From Eledone cirrhosa (lineage: Eukaryota), in the NCBI GenBank assembly GCA_964016885.1, contig OZ024746.1, positions 39,370,001 through 39,434,000 of the forward strand: a stretch of 64,000 bases of DNA, given 5' to 3'. Under the pieces are notes generated by a model. The model was not told the DNA's origin, searched no databases, and was given only the letters and a program-made list of their open reading frames with translations. Both the position numbers and the translations under genes were made by a program. This document shows positions 1-15,299 of this stretch, in pieces; the stretch's first letter is position 1, and each line of letters starts with the position of its first letter.

Positions 1-1552
1 GTGTCCTCAGTCATGCCTTCCAGAGGGTCTTATCAGAAGCAACTGTCTCCAAATAATCTGGCTGGATCTCCAAGCAAGACCAACCAAACTTATGGATATT
101 ATCCAACCATCTTGCTCATGGACAACTTCTGGGTCTCTTGCCAGCTGGCTAAGCCTGTAAAATCTGTCCAGCAATTCTTTCCTAACACCTTCTAACCACT
201 GGGTGCATTTTATTTAGGTACCAGCACTAAAATGTTAGGTATGATAGAACACTTTGAAATGGTAAAATATTTTTTAGTAAAAGCAACTAAGGTAGTAAAT
301 ATTGTTCAAATAAGTTATAGTTGTTTGTTCACTATGTGTATATCTTCAAGACAATCCTTAAATAGTTTTAAATCAAATTACAAAAACTTTTATATAATTT
401 ATTTTCTGTTTCTGCTCTGCCATTTACCATAAAAGTAATATGTCATTGTGGAATATCATCCTTCTAGAAGGGATGCTTGTCTGTTGTAGATTTTCACTCA
501 AGCAACTCTAAACTAATGAAACATTCTCCAATTATGCAATATTCTCACTGCTTACACCAGCTAGCTCTACTTTTTTCATGGTTCAAGTTTACAGCCATGT
601 CTTTGGATCATCATCATCATCATCACTGTTTAATGTATTTTTTTTCCACGTTTGCATTAGTTAGAGGGGCTGTCATATTATGAGGCTAGACAGGTGACCA
701 TATCTTGCTCATACGATCTGGTTTGGGTTTTCTCTAGCTGGATACCCTTCCTAATGCCGTCCATATTTCAGCAAGTACAAGATTATTTTGTGGTATCAGC
801 ACAACCACCTTACAGAGTTGACTGGGAGTGAGCCATAAGTGTTTTTACAAGAAATAGTTTAGTATTGTTAACAGGCTATGATCCACAGCACTAAGTTAAG
901 TAGGCTAGCATACTACTGTCTTGGTCAGTGTGTAACCTTTTATAAAAACATGAGATTATCTTCAAGATTTGGGTTGTAAAAACAATGGAAAGAAGTTACA
1001 CCAAGCATAATACAAAGTAGTACTTACTCTAACTTAAAACAGGCTTTAAACAATATGAATCTAAGAAACAGAGCAACTTTTGTATTAATCAGGAGGTGAG
1101 GTTATTATTTTACTACAAATAAACTCCTACATCAGCTATTGAAGCTAAAAAGGTGTCAATGGAGATTGTGACACCAGAATAAAAGATTATCTCAATGAAA
1201 AGAAAAATAGATTAAAAGAAAACTCTAAGTTCACAATATAATAATGTAGCCCACTTAATATATTTAAATTCTCAGAGTATAATAGTTGGATTAAACAAGA
1301 TGGTTGATTTAACAGATTCAGCAACTAAAATGAAAATAAACAAGAAAAAAAACAAAAGAAAAACTACAACTGAATAATGAAATGTAAAACTGTAAAATTT
1401 ATGAAGCTTAACCTTTTAGGTATGCAATTTAACATAAAATAAATAATAAATTGCAAAATATTGATATTTTAAAATTGAATTTTTATACTTTTTAAAAACT
1501 AAGACGATCAGAATCAATTATTGATGACAATTGTATTTAAAGAGTTGATTAA

Positions 1553-1786
1553 CCCTTTAGCATTTAGATTACTCTCTCTCTATATATATATATATACCGT
1601 TACATTTTCATGGTAAAGGCTTTATCTTACATAATTATCTCACATAATATCGAGTCTACGAGATTTTGATGTTATCTATTTTGAGAACAATTCCTTAATA
1701 TAAGTATGAGCAGCCAACTATGGGCAGTTTGAACAGACAGAGGTGAGAGAATTCTGGCCGGATACAGCCGGTTTAAATGATAAGGG
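1553..1786 (+). mobile_element. piggyBac-type MITE (other copies ~1845-2016 -, ~5210-5650 - split by a SINE, 7301-7493 +)
   Basis: Terminal inverted repeats CCCTTTAGCATTTA / TAAATG[AC]TAA(A)GGG with TTAA on both sides. Internal sequence is shared among four copies. Confidence 0.8.
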
Positions 1787-4473
1787 TTAAAGAAGTTGTC
1801 CATATAATTAGGATTTTTTTTTTACTGAGTCCAAAGATATATTTCAACCGGATGTATTCAGCCAGAATTCTCTCACCTCTTTCTGTTCAAACTGGTCACT
1901 CATACTGATGTTAAGGTATTGTTCTCAAAATAAATAACATCAACATTTCATGTGTGATAAAGCTTTTACCACAAAAATACAATAGAAAATATATAGAGTA
2001 ATGTAAATGCTAAAGGGTTAATATTATAATCAAACAAATGCATCCAGTGTATTGTTTATGCACATGTTACTGATGCTCCAGAAGGAAGAATAACTAATTG
2101 GACATTGCAAGATTTGAACTTGGAACAGTTTGATACTAAGTATTTTGATATTGGCATCTCTATTGCTTTGTCTTTAAAATAAGTTTCATCATCATTTAAT
2201 GGCCATTCTCACTCAGTGTTGGCTTTACCTATAAGCTATAGTTTAGGGTCACACCCTCCAGGGCCTCATTTTTGAAAATATATTTTATTTTTCTATGCAG
2301 TAAATAGATTAAAACAATTAATTAAATAAAAATAACATTCTGTTCCTAATTTAATAAATAACAATCATGTATAATTATTTAAAATTTATTTTACCCAAAT
2401 ATTTTTAGAGGGAAGGGCCAGACATTTCATATAGCTTAGGGCTTCAGCAGGTGAAAGTCTGGCCCTGTTCACCCTGTTCACCCTGCTAACAAGGGTTTGA
2501 CTAGGACACAAGTGCTAATTTTATAAAGAGTAACTATCATACTAGTTCTTTTATCAATATACTTTATCAATATACTTTATGCTGGCCTTGAATTCAAGAA
2601 TGAAAAGCACAATATTTAAATTTTAATAAAGAATGTTATCTCCCAAGTTTTTGATATAGCACAATATAAGTTATAATCATAGTGAAAAGTTAAATATGCT
2701 ATGTCCTTATTGCATAGAATGACTGAATGTATGTAAGCAGGGATGAGAGGCAGTATTCTTGGCTTGTAAACAAAATAGTGACAGGGATTTTTGATACTCA
2801 GGCTGAAAATGGGTCAGACACAACTTAATAAAATATTACAACAGAATGTTAGACATCCAAATATATAGACTCTGATAATGAAATGTATGATATTAAACAG
2901 GCTAGGTTAATTACATACAACTACGCATTTAGTAAATTGATAATGTTGTTGCTGTGAAACTAAGTTGTCTTACAGAAAATACAGCAAATGATTGATAGAA
3001 AATATTTGTTAATTGTAAGGAGCTATAATATGAATAACAATAACTATGACATATACAAACTGTTTATCATAACATAAACACTACTACAAAAAAGATATAT
3101 TTTGTTTTTTTGTTTAAGCAAGGAAAGACTGCTGCAATTGTCCACAAGTATAATGTTGAATAAATGTGTTAAGTTTTATTAATAAACTGGTACCATGATA
3201 AAATGCACCCAGTATACTCTGTAAAGTGGTTGACATTTGGAAGAGCATCCAACAATAAAAAGTATGTCAAAATATGGATTGTATAAATAAGCAAGACATA
3301 GTTCTCTGGCCTGTTTTTTCTCAGATCATGAGCACTCGTCTAACCCATGGCAGCATAGAAAACAAATGTAAAATTATGGTGATAAAATGTTTTTTTCCTT
3401 CGATTTTTACTAACATATCTTGTATCTTTTATCTTCAAGTAACATAAATATCAACAGAAACCCACTCGTAATTTTCAAGTCCACAGTATAGAAAGAGCTA
3501 TTTAGAGATCAAATTAAAAGGTTAAATAAACGATCAATCGACTTGCGGACTTAACTGATCAATATAGTTACATTGTAATATGCTTATAAATAATGTGGCC
3601 GGAATAAACAATATCAGTTTTGTTTTATCTTAGAAATATCTCAAAATGTCGCAAAAAGTACATAATATACTACTGATCAACCCATTCGTTACCATAATTT
3701 TAATAAAAGACACTGCTTGTGATTTTCAAATAATTCTTGAAATATTCAAGAATGTGGGGGGGGGGATTTAAATCATATAACTTCCTCATTATTAAGCAGG
3801 TTAGCTTTGCCTTACATCCTAACGGGGGTCGATAAAATAAATAAAGCACCAGTAATACATTGGGGTCGATTTAATCGACTTTCTACCCCTCACAATATTG
3901 TTGGCCTTGTGCTTGAATCAGAAACCATTATTAAACAGTTATCTGAAACAAAAGAGTCTTACATCAAATTATGATGGAAAGTTTTCACATCAATACAATT
4001 AGTTTTGTATTGTTCAACCAGGGGCAGTTTGATGTAGTTTGGTATCAAAATGTTAAATTTTGGTTTATAACATTGAAAAAAATGTAAGAGAAATCTTCTG
4101 GCTGCAATAACAGTCTACTGAAGGTGATATTGCTGGATATGGTAGTCATTTGTAACAGCTGGTAGATTAAGTGTTTCATTACAGAAATATAGCAAAATAC
4201 CAGCAGTGAATTCAATATTGGGAACCATGTTTGTTCAGCAACTAAAGACAAATACTCCAAATTTCTGTTCAGGTATTTGGTTGTAATTGTTGAACAATCA
4301 AGTTATTTGAAATGTATACAGCTTTGAATAATTGATGAAATATTTCAAAACAAGAAGATTTGATATTAAACTAATCACTAATTACCTGTAATAAGATAGT
4401 GAAACTTTTGGTTAGCACATACCATAAAGAATACTTTCTGCCTAACTAGAAAATGGGCATCAAGCCCGGTCTC

Positions 4474-4600
4474 AAATAAGACTAAAAATACCTGATTGTG
4501 TTGCAGTTAAATAACAAAAATAAAAATTCCAATAAATACTTTAATTATTGGAATTTTTATTTTTGTTATTTAACTGCAACACAATCATTTAGTCTTATTT
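4474..4600. repeat. AT-rich inverted repeat (~55-bp arms)
   Basis: TGATTGTGTTGCAGTTAAATAACAAAAATAAAAATTCCAATAA and its exact reverse complement, ~10 bp apart. Confidence 0.85.
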
Positions 4601-7600
4601 TAATTATTGATCCCAATATATAGTTGAAAATATTTAAAATAATATACGAAGCAGACAATATCTTATCATTCACATTAGTGCCATCCAGTACTGGGCTCCA
4701 AAACTATGATTCTGCTGAGATGGGTTTAGTGCAGCCAACTGGCTTGTTCCTCATAACAGAGCCATTCAGTTCCACACTGTAAATGTGGTTGGCATTAGGG
4801 AGGGCACCCAGCCAAATCTACAGTCCTCATCGGAGCAAGGTGCAGCATGGCCAACTCTGGCCAAACTTGCCTCCCAGTGTGGACGACCTGTCTAACCCAT
4901 GCAAGCATGGAAAAATGGACGCAAACCGGTGATTACCCCATGCAATTGTAGTAAGCTGATGAACCTAGCTTTTGACAATACTTCCTCAGACCACACAAAG
5001 AAAATTACTAAGCCTGCATTTTCCACTACAGTGCACATTTGCCCACACCAAATCTGTGAAGGTCATAACATCATACGGCCCTCTCTCTGCTTTGAATATT
5101 TCCACTATGTGGCTATGTGGCAAAGATGTTTAGCAATTTATTTATTGGTCACAGGAAATGATTATATAAAATATAAAATTATAGAAATTTGTATAAGACT
5201 GATTCTTTAAAGTGGCCATATCTGGCCAGAATTCTCTCATCTCTTTCTTTTCAAACAGGCTGTAACCAGCCACTCATACTGATGTTCAGATATTGTTCTC
5301 AAAATAAATAATATCAAAATCTCATAGATTCGATATTCATCATCATCATCATCGTTTAACGTCCATCTTCCACGCTTGCATGGGTTTGGATGGGAGTTTT
5401 CCCACTTGAGGCAAAATTGGTTGTCTTGCTCGTATAGGACTGTCTGGCGGTTTTCTACGGCTGGATGCCCTTCCTAACACCAACCACGTTTACAGTGTGG
5501 ACTGGGAGGTTTTTACCGTGTTACCTACACGGCCACATTACAGCGTAGACTGTGTTTTTTTTTTCGTGACACCTATGTGAGATAATTGTAAGATAAAGCC
5601 TTTACCATGAAAATATAGTAAATATAGATTAATGTAAATACTAAAGGGTTGTTAAGGTTCTGTAATGCACCTCTCAGTGGTCTGAGACCTAAGCAGTTGC
5701 CTACTTGGCCTTAATTGTAGCACTAGCCCTGACTATACCACTTTGCTTTCTTTACCAACTACCTATAACAATGATATAGTTAATTTATCCTCACCAACTG
5801 TAACTGTTCAACCAATCTTAACAAAATGAATATCAAGTTTCAATTTAGGTTTATATGAACGCACTTCTACTTCAGAGTTCTGCAGCAATTTGGAATCTTA
5901 AAAATGAAAATTCGTCATAACTTGTGGTTTATTAGTTTGTTTCCTCACTGTATTACCTTACGATCTGCAGTGTTCAGCCCTTACATGCTAGCACAATAAT
6001 GGCTGCATAAACATGTAGAAACATATATAGACATCAAGTAACAAGGTGGAATTAACAAATAAAAGCAATTATAGTTGAGAAGTCAGCTAGTAGCATTTAG
6101 ACAGGTGAAGATCATTTACTACCAAATCTGATACAACAGCCTCATGTTAGCTCAACACTGAGCTATCATATTCCAATATTCTACTTTTGTATATCTGCCA
6201 AGATATTTATACACATTCACATACAACCCGATAGAAAAGTATTATTTCTAGGTCAGGGGGTGGTGGTATACTTTACAATCAAAGCAGAATTAATCCTAAT
6301 TAAATAAATTCCCCATAAAAACTGACAATTCTTTCTATACATTATCTTTTTGACACAAAAAAATGTCAGCATAAATTAGATTAATTTAATTATCAGGTGA
6401 AAACTATAGGTTTTATTTTCAAAAGCTTTATTCTGTTCTAAATTCTGATTAATTCTATAAATGAGCATCATGCAGACCAAACTGCTGTTTTCTTTGATGC
6501 AGAAATCCAGTAGCATTGCATGTATCAGTCATCCAGCTGTGGTCATAGCTGAAACTATTTCAAACATCAACTTTGAGAGCTGGTTCAGGAATGTTTATGA
6601 TCTGAAGAGATCATTGCCAACAATTATTCAGGTCATACACCCACAACTTATATCACACATAAAATAACTTCACCTTGATATTATATAAGACTTGTTAAGA
6701 TTTGTGTTGTGTTTTAACCAAAAAGCCTAGGATAATAGTTAACCATCTTCTATAGCTGTGATATAATAGCCAGTATTCTAGCTGAAGCCTCATGCCAACA
6801 TTGCAATTTTCTTACAAAGATAATCATCACCACAAACCTCATCACTAAATTATTGTCTGATCGTTCAAATTTATCAAGTAGGGAAGCATTTATCTTAGGT
6901 TATGACTAAAAATGTAGCCTATCTTGCTGCTCATGTAGAATGGAAGTCTTTGGTTTATCTCTTCTTATGTTCAGCTTCATGATCGAAGGGTCAGCAACTA
7001 AACTGGCTCACCTACCGGACTCTGGTTTGGTCAGGAGGGTAAGTGGAACCACAGCAACACAAAAAAGTAAGAGTGGGTGAACTCCACAGAGTCAACGGCC
7101 ATCCACCCCCAACTATGGGTTAAATAGCCTCACCAACCTGCGATTCGTTTATTATGGTGAGTATGGTTACACCCCTAGCATGACCAAAACTGAACAGAAA
7201 GCAGTGTAGGTCAACCAGGGTAGGCTTCCTCAAACAGGAGTGAGAAGGCCCTGGACTAGATTGGATGTCCAGCTATTGAACCCAGTCTATTCAGCCTTAA
7301 CCCTTACTCTATATATAATATTGTATTTTCACAGTAAAGGCTTTACCTCACATAATATTGAATCTATGAGATTTTATTTATTTATTTTGAGGACAATACC
7401 TTAATGTCAGTATGCATGGCCAGTTATGGCCAGTTTGAATTAAAAGAGATCAGAGAATTCTGGCCAGATACAGTCAGTTTAAATGCTAAAGGGTTAAAAA
7501 AGAGATTTTTGTGAATTGAACCTGTTATTAGTTTAATCAGTTCAGATAAATAAAACAGATTTTAATCAACTGAAGTTTTTATAGATGTTTTGATAATTGT

Positions 7601-9882
7601 TGTCATTGGAGATTTACACATTGGAGATTTACACATTGGAATCAATGTACTAGTGATTAAACATTTTCTAGACACTAATTGCTAATTATTTAATGATAAC
7701 TGCTAATTTCATTCTAAATACCAATTTCCTTTCAATTCTTGAGAATAAATTTAACTTTTCTTTATTTTACTTTATATTTTATATTCACTTAGCTTTGTCT
7801 ATCTTGTTCTTTTTCTTTTCTTTTTTTGTTTCTCAACTGTAAGAATACTAGATACTTCCCTTAGTCTGTCATGGCTTACAAGCTCTAAATGGACGTTTAA
7901 ATTGATTAAATAAATAACTGCAATAATTAATATTTTTTACAAATTACGATAAATAATGTAAATGTATTCTAAACTGACGCTTAGATCAGATTTCTTTATG
8001 GTAAGCAAACGTGAAATTTATTCTCCCTGGATAGAAAATCTAATATGTATCCAACAGTTTGGTGGATATGAGAGACAACTAGATGTAGAATACAAATAAA
8101 ACCTTTGAATAGATCTTTTGCGAAAAACCTATGACCTGAAAATCAATTGGTTTGTATAGATATAAAATGGCTATGCAGAAGCATGAATATAGCTCAATGT
8201 TTAGTTAGCTGATAGTAGATTCATATACAGAAATGCTTTTGAATGGGGGGAAAAACTGTTTAAATATTAAAGGACCAATACAGGTATAGAATGCATCAAA
8301 TAATATGCAGCAGTTCAATTAATGAGTCTTTAATTGGAAATCAATATTTATGCATATTGCTATTTTCCTTTTTCATTGTCGTAATCACAGTCTTTTAAAT
8401 GTTTATTAATACATGGATGTAAATATTTATGGCTCTCAATTTTGTCTGAGTGTGTGAAGATATATATAATCAAATATGAAAGCATAAATTATAATTAAAT
8501 TTACAACCTATTAAGTAAGCCTCTAATAGGAGCACATTATTTTTGGTATAATCTAAATTACACATGCCAGCATGAGAAAAAGGATGTAAGGAAAAAAAAG
8601 AGAGAGGAAGATAATTGACATATACTTATATAACTAATCCTAGTTGAAATAATTTTCAATGAAAGTATCCTTTTCTATAATTAAAATAATTTTCAATGAC
8701 AATATCCTATTTTATATATTCTGGCAGCAGTCAAATTTCCGTTTCATTTTTAAACATACTTTTCATTGAGATTACTCAATGAGGCCTTTGTAAACTTCCT
8801 ATAAACAGACATGGACATTGAACTGTTTTGAAGATCTTCTGATACTTGTTTGTTATAATGCCCAGCAAAATTGTGTTTGTTCATTGTTTAGTCCCAGGTC
8901 AAATCTCATCAAATAAACCATTGTTTTCAAAGAATAATGTATGTATAGGGCCATAACTATTGATGTAGTTGTAGAGGTGCCATTATGACATACAATTGGC
9001 ACTTCAAATCTATTTAATTTAGAGAAGGAGAGAGAATGCTAGAGAGTAAGTGAGAAAAAGATATAGCGGAAGAATTGACCCCGATACTGGACTGGTGCTT
9101 TTTTTTTTATCAACTTCAAAAGGATCAAAGACTAAGTTGACCTTTGACAGGATGTGAACTCAGTACAGAGCACTAGAACTTATACTGCATAATATTCTAT
9201 CTGATCTTCTAACAACTCTGTCCAGCATCTATGACCATATTATCAATAGGGTGCAATTTGAGGGAAAGATTTGGCTGTTAAATCTAGCACATCAAGGAAC
9301 TGCTTAAAAGCTCTTCTTATTGGTTCCAATAGATGGATCAACTACAAAAATAATGTTAATATCAATGACTAATAATTCTTTAACTTGTTGCTTAATTACA
9401 TCTAGTTAACATATCTTATTATCATTGTAATTAATAATATGCAGTTAATTTGTATATCATCCTAGAGGTGTGAGTATTAAGGCAGCATCTGGAAAATGTT
9501 CATGTTGTAAAATCCATTACAGGGAACCAAAAACAGAACAGAAGGTGGTACAAATTGTGTCCATGGGTGAAATGGCCAGTACATAAATATATCATAATCA
9601 TCATTATTTCCGTTTAACGTCAAATCTTCCATGCTTGCATTGGTCGTCCATGCCGGTAGGCAAGTCTGGCTATTGCTGGCCATGTCTCACCTTGCTCCGG
9701 CGAGGACTGTAAATTTGGCCCGGATATTTTACAGCTGGATGTCCTTCCTAACACCAACCACATTTGCAGTGTGGAACTGGATGGCTCCATTATAAGGAGG
9801 GTCAGGCCAGTTGGCGGCGCTGAACCCATCACAAAACGAAACCAGAGTTTTGGAGCCTGACCCATCTCACAGCATAGCTACC

Positions 9883-9917
<35 letters not shown>

Positions 9918-9920
<3 letters not shown>

Positions 9921-10249
9921 GGCTTAGTGGTTAGAGCATTGGCCTTGCAATCGAAAGGTTGTGAGTTCAATTCTCAGACCGGGTGATGTGTTGTTTCCTT
10001 GAGCAAGACACTTTATTTCACATTGCTCCAGTTTACTCAGCTGTAGAAATGAGATGATAGAGACTGGGGTCCCTATCATTCCACTGCAAAGTGGTCGTGG
10101 AGGTACCACGGCAAAAAAGCACCCAGCCCACACTGTAAATGAGGTTGGTGTTAGGAAGGGCATCCAGCTGTAGAAATCAAGCCAGAATCAGTTCCCGTCC
10201 CACCCTTGCAAGCAGGGAAAAGCGGACATAAAATGATGATGATGATGAT
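9918..10249 (+). mobile_element. tRNA-derived SINE with Meta/V-like core and (GAT)n tail; partial 3' copies near 610-810, 3190-3380, 4770-4930, 5338-5575, 9600-9780, 28205-28265
   Basis: A-box TGGCTTAGTGG, B-box GAGTTCAATTCT, core CCTTGAGCAAGACACTT, tail ...GGACATAAAATGATGATGAT. Confidence 0.8.
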
Positions 10250-10359
10250 ACACACACACACAGTAAAGGTTGACAATAACTCATTGTCAATCTTTTCCTT
10301 GTAAAAATAAATGTTTCTCTCCATAAATGTAATGGGTGCTTTCTTAGTTATTGTTTGAC

Positions 10360-10396
<37 letters not shown>

Positions 10397-12399
10397 GTTT
10401 TGTGTGATGATCCTTTGAATATACAGGTGAAACACCAGAGTAACAGGACTTAGCCAAGATTTTGTATATATATACATTATATATATGTGAGAGAGAGAGA
10501 GTATGTGTGTGTGTGTGTACATATCCATCAAAATATTAGTTCCCAAAATGTAACCGTTCATTACTATTATGACCTACAGTAACCAATAATAGCATACAAT
10601 TAACTAAAAAACGGTAGGGGGAGGGGGAGATAAGGGGAAATAATTATATAAATATATATTTATAATACTAAGTCTCAAATATATATTTTTTTTTTTTTTT
10701 TTTTTTTTGTCTAGTCACTGAGTCTAGTGTATGACTTCATTCATTCCAGTGCATAGCTAACACCTAATATGAAACTAGTTTACTAGTATCATTCTTGTCA
10801 CTATGAATTTCTCTCAGTTCCATACATCCACAAATATTCTGCAAGAATAACTACATACACTTTTTTCAGAACAGAACAAGTAGATGCATACACACAAATG
10901 CAACACTTCTGTTTAACATATGCATGTTAACATGTATGGAGACAGTCTGTAGCAGTAATGCATGTGACTATTGCAGTGTTGGAAACCTGCGAAAGGGGTA
11001 CATCTAACAGTAGAAATAGACAATAAACTGAAGAATTTGTAGTTGTTGTTGTAGTAGTAGTAGTAGTAGCAGCAGCAGCAGCAATATGCGGGAGGGAGGT
11101 AGGAGGAGGAGCGTAAGGAAAGGCTATGACGTGCTGTTCATCAGATATTCAAGATATGAGTCAGTAGTAGTTGCAACCAGCAAACACTATCATCATTTTC
11201 GTAAGGTTGACGGATAGTGGTGGGTAGAAAGAAACATTTCAATAAAGAAATAACTACTTTCGGCACTTCACCACCGTTGCCATTTTTGGGCATTGCCGTA
11301 TACCGAACAGTGTGGTTTTTAGAATATAACACACCTGGTTAGAAAGCGAGCAAGACAAGCATGCATGCATGCCGACAGACATAAGGCTAACGAATTTATA
11401 TACATTCATTTATACACTTGAATATATATACATACATACAACTGTCAATCTACGATTATTATCACTTAAAAGTGAAGAAATCGACATATATATATATATA
11501 TATGTGTGTTTTATTATACAAAGCATATAAATAAATTTACAGTAGCTTTATATATAATGTGTGGTGTGTGTAGTTGTGCGTGTGTGATCCACGATAGCCA
11601 TGCTGAAGTGCAAAAACGGGCGCAACCCAGTTAAGATTATGACGGTGCTGTATGAATGCATGTGCAAGGAATTTGAAAAATGTGCGTGAGTGTATAGATG
11701 ATGGAAGTAAATTCACACACACGCCCAGTTATATTACAGGTGTGAAAAACAGTAAGGGTGACAAGCAGAAAGTAAGCTAAAACTGAAAGCAGTTGAGAAT
11801 AGAGAATAATCGAGACAGATTATAAGGGTGGGGCATTATATCTAATATATCGATCGTTAATCATTAATAATACATAACAACTCTTAAATTTACTAAATAG
11901 TTTCATAGAAACACCTCGGCTATACAAATATAGAAACTATCCACGTGGGTATGTTTTCTCTCTCTCATTCTCTCTCTTCATTCTTTCCCGTAGAGAGATT
12001 AACATTTTAAATTCACTCCAATAACTGAAACGCGATGACTTCGATGTTAACCATAAGTAACTCGCCTTGATGGTAATAAATCTAGTGTGAGTTCATTATC
12101 ATAAGTATAGCCAGACAATTTAAAATACCAGAAGAAAATAAAACGATGGAAGCAACAATCAAAATAATTTTACTGCATTTAAACAGCGTTTAATGTTGGC
12201 GGTTAAAATAGTGCTTTACTTGAGAGTAGTATACACAAAACTGGGTTGGTGAATGGTTGTAAGAGGCAAAACGAAATATACAAATGTGGTACTAGTTTCC
12301 GTTAAATAAGACCGCACACGCAAACGTTCTTACACGTATATATGTACACACACGTGTGTGTACATACACGTGTGTACACACACATGTCTGTGTGTGTGA

Positions 12400-12450
<51 letters not shown>

Positions 12451-14628
12451 GATATAACCATGTTAAGAACTAGCTTTCAAGCAAATTTCAAAATTAATCT
12501 ATCATTATTTATTTTTCGTTTGGCAAATGTGAAAATATCTGCATAAATATTCTTAAAATAAAAACACAACTTTGATAAGGAAAGCAGGTTAATTTATTAA
12601 AATAGTGGCGAGAAAACATGATAGAAACAAGAATGAAATAAAATCGATTGAGAATCAAGATGCTGCTTTTGTTGGTAATGAATAAAATGCGTATAAGGGA
12701 AAAAGAGTGTGAGAACGAGGAAAGACAGCATAGGGGATGAAACATAGGAAGCTGAAATATCGATAGGGGACGACAACACAGCAAATGATAAAATGTTCAA
12801 AGCAGCTTGTCACAGAATTGATAGTGTATGAAATCAAATTATAAAGAATGATAAAAATGAGTGATGGTTCAGTTTTCAAATGATTTAGAAGTTTATAAGA
12901 TCGTGATTTATATCTGAACGGATGATAGCTTCTAGAACTTGTACTGTCTATGTAGTAGGGGTTTCTTTCGGGATGAGTCAAATTCTACCCCCAAATTCGT
13001 CAGTTTTGAAATTGATCAATAGTGTAATCGTGACACACATCAGCAACAGCAAAATACTTGGATTGTGTATATTTACACTCACACAACACTTACGCACACA
13101 CGTATACACACACCATATATTTATATATACACATACATATATACTACGTATATATTAGTAAACCCCAACGTTTGTGTATTTGCGTGAGAGAAATATTGGA
13201 TTTAGACATTTTTTTATTTTACGACACCCTAACATCTAAATTAATTATAACCTTGCAAGATACATTAATGATTAATAATTTTATACTTGTTTAATGGGGG
13301 GGAGGAGTATCACTAATCCGTAAATAATATCTGAAACAAGTGAAATATTTCCAACTAAAACTGATTATAAAACGAAGAGGTTTATGAATTATACTATATG
13401 AGAAATTCGGTCGTATATAGGTTATCTAAACAGGTACAAAGTTGTAGAAAGATCGCCAAGCAGTTATATAGATAGACAGATAATTGAAGACAGACAGGTT
13501 TACAAAGATAGAGAGACGGTAGAGGCTAATAGACGGAAAAATTGTAGCACGAACGACTTTATTATACACGGTAAGGTCAACAACGAAGATGTGTTGAATG
13601 CTTACTACGATGGTGATATAATATACATTGTTAATGGATATGGATTCAACAATTCTGTTTCTTTTATAAATCATATTTATAACATAAATTGTGTTTATTC
13701 CTATTAAACATTTTTAAAATGATTATTTAAATAGCAGAGCTGGCGAAAGTTGTGTTTTTCGCGGGGTGGGTAAAGATTTTTATAACGTGAGAAAGAAAAA
13801 AATATATCAAAGTAATTTAGAGGGACCGCTCTCGTTTTTTAAGACCCTCACATCGTTTGATAAAGTGAGTATGTACTGAAATAACAAAGGAAAAATGACT
13901 AATTAAGTTAAGGAGACAGTCTCTGGAGTTCTGTTAATTAATAAGGTGGCTTAGTACGAACGAGATTTCTGTCTTGGTCATGATAGGAGGAGGTAGAATG
14001 AAGCCTGTTGGTTTCTAGTAGGGTTTCCTAGCAAATTGGGGCGTATCAACAATTCAAGGGTTAAGTCATCGACACAAAAGGTGAGTAAGAAGACACTAGC
14101 TAGCTGGATTAATTGTTTCGTTGTCTCGATTTTTTTTTCTTTTGATCGGCGAAAAATAAAGATTGCCGAGACTGTAAATTCTCGACCCAAATTGAAAATA
14201 CTACCTGGTTAACTTAGCATTTCATCACCTAGGGAGAAAGGTCGGTGAAATAAATACAACAGACAAGGGTTAATTCAATTGATTACACTACCCAGCTACA
14301 AAAATTGGACTTCGGCCAAGTCCATGGGATAGAAGGAATCGCCTACCATGCCGGTTTGTATTTTGATCAGTGATAGAATATGGCATATGATAGTTGAGGA
14401 TAAATACAGACAATTTTGGGGAGGACAAAAAAAAACTATAAGTTGTGTGAGTTTGTATAAACGTGTGTATATACGAGTTACTAAAAGTATGACAATAGAT
14501 GCGTTTGTGAGTGTGTGTGCAAATAGTTTGGATTTGATCAGCTCGAGAGTCAAGGTTAAAGGTTAGACAAAGATTATTTTATAGTACAAGATGAAAGAGA
14601 GAATGAGAAGGCAAACAGCGAAAGAGTA

Positions 14629-14753
<125 letters not shown>

Positions 14754-14805
14754 AGGAATGAGAGTGGAAGGAGAGAAGAGAAAATTTCAGTGAAATGAAA
14801 CTGAC

Positions 14806-14904
14806 CTTTTTCTGCTGTTTCTCCCAGGCGGGATCGAGTAAACCTTCTCGGTCCCATTCCTCCTCTTCTTCCATGTATCCATCGCTATACTGGCCATCGG
14901 ACAT
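14806..14904 (-). CDS. ACTN: Alpha-actinin, first coding exon (33 aa; gene continues leftward)
   Basis: Manual translation gives [33 protein letters not shown], the conserved alpha-actinin N-terminus (YM.[19 protein letters not shown][KR]K). It is followed directly by a phase-0 donor, AAG|GTCAGT, where vertebrate ACTN exon 1 also ends (before TFTAWCNSH). Too short for the ORF track. Confidence 0.95.
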
Positions 14905-15299
14905 GTTCGAAACACGTTAGTTTAGTTGTCAAGACAGAATGAGAGAAATAAATGAAGATATTCCCAGGGGGCAACGACCGACACCAACACTACACGCAAT
15001 ACTTTAGAACTTTTAATGAGGTCTTCTCCTTTATTTCATTAGAAGAATGCTGTGCGAGAGTGTTGAAGCAAATTGTTGCTGTTGATTTCTGATAGTGTGT
15101 ATGTGTGAGTGCGTATCTATGTATAATGTGAGAGAATATGAAAGTTGGTGACAGAAAAAGACAAGCGCCGACAGGAAAACTAGCCAACGTAATACCAGCT
15201 ATAGCTTCTATCCTCTTTCTGTATATGTAAACATATATAGCTAAAAAATTTTCAATGATGTATCTCAGATTTTGTGCTCGTCTTGAGTTGGGTTCAATC

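Noticed and set aside
985-1015. Minus-strand 'AWCN' as alpha-actinin exon 2
   Set aside because: It reads YYAWCNFF rather than TFTAWCNSH, and the similarity does not continue.
9918-9990. tRNA gene
   Set aside because: The A/B boxes continue into a SINE core and tail; there is no proper cloverleaf or terminator.
11135-11150. Isolated CTGATGA matches (here on minus; also ~4957, ~26897, ~62477)
   Set aside because: No properly placed stem II, GAAA and stem I. The one at ~26897 is part of a SINE tail.
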